A stretch of DNA of 62,676 nucleotides, counting the filler, from Nemertoderma westbladi (taxonomy: Eukaryota > Animalia > Xenacoelomorpha), in the NCBI GenBank assembly GCA_032718475.1. It is 3 parts of 3 records of this genome, joined end to end, with 100 filler letters (N's around TTAATTAATTAA, not from the genome) between each part and the next. Parts side by side here need not be neighbours in the genome. Positions count along the whole stretch, not along the records: positions 56,211 to 62,676 come from JAUCBJ010000604.1; 2 more parts are not named here. One strand, written 5' to 3'. Position 1 is the stretch's first letter; each line of letters opens with the position of its first letter. The notes under the pieces were generated by a model. It did not search any database. It was not told where the DNA came from and was given only the letters and a program-made list of their open reading frames with translations. A program made the position numbers and the translations under genes. This document shows, one piece after another, positions 60,856 through 62,676 of this stretch.

Positions 60856-61569
60856 CAACGGCTCATCAGCTCATTAGAACATGCTGCTTCTAGTGTTGGT
60901 CTTTTTATTAACTCCAGAAAGACCACAATTTTGACAGTTAAGTTTGAAAGTCCTCAGGAAGTCTCTGATCGGATGGATCCGGAAGTCAGGTGAGGACCTT
61001 CGAATACGTAAGGGAAAGGCATGGGCAGCCTTGAATAGGCTTTCCAGGATTTGGAAGTAACCGAGAATTAATCGGAAACTAAGGTCCGATTATTTAGAGC
61101 AGCAGTAGTTCCAGTACTCCTCTATGGGAGTCTATGCTGGGCTCTAACTGCTGAGGACACCAAATCTCTGGATGGCACATTTACAAACCTGCTACGCCGG
61201 GTTCATTGTGTCAAGTACAATGCACACATCTCCAACCAGACACTATATAACATTGAAGGTGTCTCATTGGTTCCCCCAAGCTTGACACTAGAACAAAATC
61301 GCCTCCGCTTTGCAGGACATTGCTTTCGCCGTGAGGACCAGCCAGTGCATAATCTTGTACTTTGGCAGCCTCATAGAGTGAATAAGCATGGTGGACAGCC
61401 CATGACTTTCTTGAGACGCATCTTAAAGGACAGTGGCCTTGAAGATGCGGATGATCTAGCAAATGTCATGGGTGATAGGGAGTTGTGGCGGCGCAATTTT
61501 GTCGACAAGCCGACACAGCATTCTTAAAAATGCGACTGCAATGCAGCATATCGATCCTAGTAGTAGTAG
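60856..61569 (+). mobile_element. RTE 3' portion with small internal deletion
   Basis: Near-identical to 8019-8790; (TAG)n tail. Confidence 0.93.
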
Positions 61570-61718
61570 TCGGTAAATAAACTCGGGTCATAACGCCGTT
61601 AACTGCAGTACTGATCACAACTGACTTCAGCGTTTCAGTATTCTCAGTTGCGTAGGGTGTTGATACCGGTAATAGCCTGATAGCCGAATAGCAACCGAAC
61701 CCATAAACGGTTCGGGGA

Positions 61719-62676
61719 ATGGATGTCGAGGATGATCTTATTCAAGATCAAGGTGATGCTTCTCAAAATGTAGGGAGACAAAGCCCTGCATCCGCGGGCG
61801 ATAATATTGTTATAATAAATTCATGTCTCTCGATAGCCCTCCAAGGGTTATCGTCCACCACTCATGCATCAGCGGTGGATGTATGCTTACGGTATTGTTC
61901 GCCTCAGGAAATTCTCGAGGGAAAGAAGGTTCTCTTGGAGAAATATGGTGCACAGTTTATCAATCGCAAAGATACTAGTGAGCGTTCCGCGGCAGCGGCT
62001 AATATCAAGGACGTTTTAGAGAAACTTCAGGAGTTGGATACAAGCGGTAAGCTTCCAGTTATTGCGATTGGAGCATTAGAGGCTCTGCGTCTTTCGACGA
62101 TCTATAAGGGCACCAGTGGGACAGCTCCATCTCTGGCTAACGTGACCGATATTGACTGCTCATCTAGGCTTCAAATAATTGATGAGAAAATAGAGGTACT
62201 TCGTAGGTCATTGTTAGATGAGTTTAAGGAACTTAAGGGTCAGTGTGTCACCGGCACTGGTACTGCCAATAATGTAGCCCCATCCGTGGGTATTCATATG
62301 GGTACAGGTAGAGTTGCCCAATCCCCGTTTCGTTTTAATAATCCAACAAGTCGATTCTCGTCCCCACCAGTACATCAACGTACGTATAAGTCGGTGGTGG
62401 AGAACTCCACCGTGGAATCTCTGTCTCGGGTGACAAGAGGAACTGAGAAATCTCGTCAGCCTCAGACGAGACCGGGGATGGGCGGTCCGAATACCCGATC
62501 CACGAGTCGGTCGAGAGCGAGAGCCTCTCTACCCCAGGCGACGCCGGTATCTAATCAGTCGGCTACCGGTACCGGAAGTGTGAAACGACCGCGAGTTGAA
62601 TCGCCGGGATCGACGGATCCAGATCAACATGGTCTGACTAATATAGTCGGACAACGATCCGCAGACGATGATGACG
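61719..62676 (+). mobile_element. LINE ORF1 (CR1/L2-group type), open to the window end, at least 319 aa
   Basis: Stop-free frame from ATG 61719, absent from the track because it has no stop. IINSCL..YCSPQEILEGKKVL..RKDTSER..NIKDVLEKLQELD..LP pattern plus a coiled coil resembles invertebrate CR1/L2 ORF1 (from recall). Confidence 0.65.

Overview
AT-rich, repeat-dense animal (invertebrate-type) genomic DNA, not prokaryotic. Two 100-nt N-gaps carrying a TTAATTAATTAA linker (29799-29898, 56111-56210) split it into three contigs whose adjacency is unproven. Contig 1 holds a spliced Tau/MAP2-like locus (small 5' exons, a 2.4-kb low-complexity exon, three microtubule-binding-repeat exons), an intronless CFAP144/FAM183-like gene, an internally deleted Academ transposon with TIRs and a CTT target-site duplication (TSD), RTE LINE fragments, a tRNA-SINE and several satellites, including a 6-kb array of about 71 tRNA-derived units. 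Contig 2 holds a CR1/L2-type RT fragment, a Penelope-like inverted repeat with minimal hammerhead motifs, two exons of an EFCAB6-like gene with RFX X-boxes, a foldback element with an 8-bp TSD, an intronless CYP4, an SLC10 pseudogene split by a 40-bp satellite, an RTE with a TSD and the start of a BEL/Pao-like LTR element. Contig 3 holds a defective Transib (RAG1-core-like) transposon ending in CACAGTG, an RTE fragment and a LINE ORF1. Most long ORFs in the supplied track are artefacts of tandem repeats. All protein identities come from recalled motifs, not from database searches. I cannot demonstrate a new biological system; the best candidates for follow-up are the tRNA-derived array, the tau-like gene architecture, the hammerhead-bearing inverted repeat and the RSS-like Transib end.
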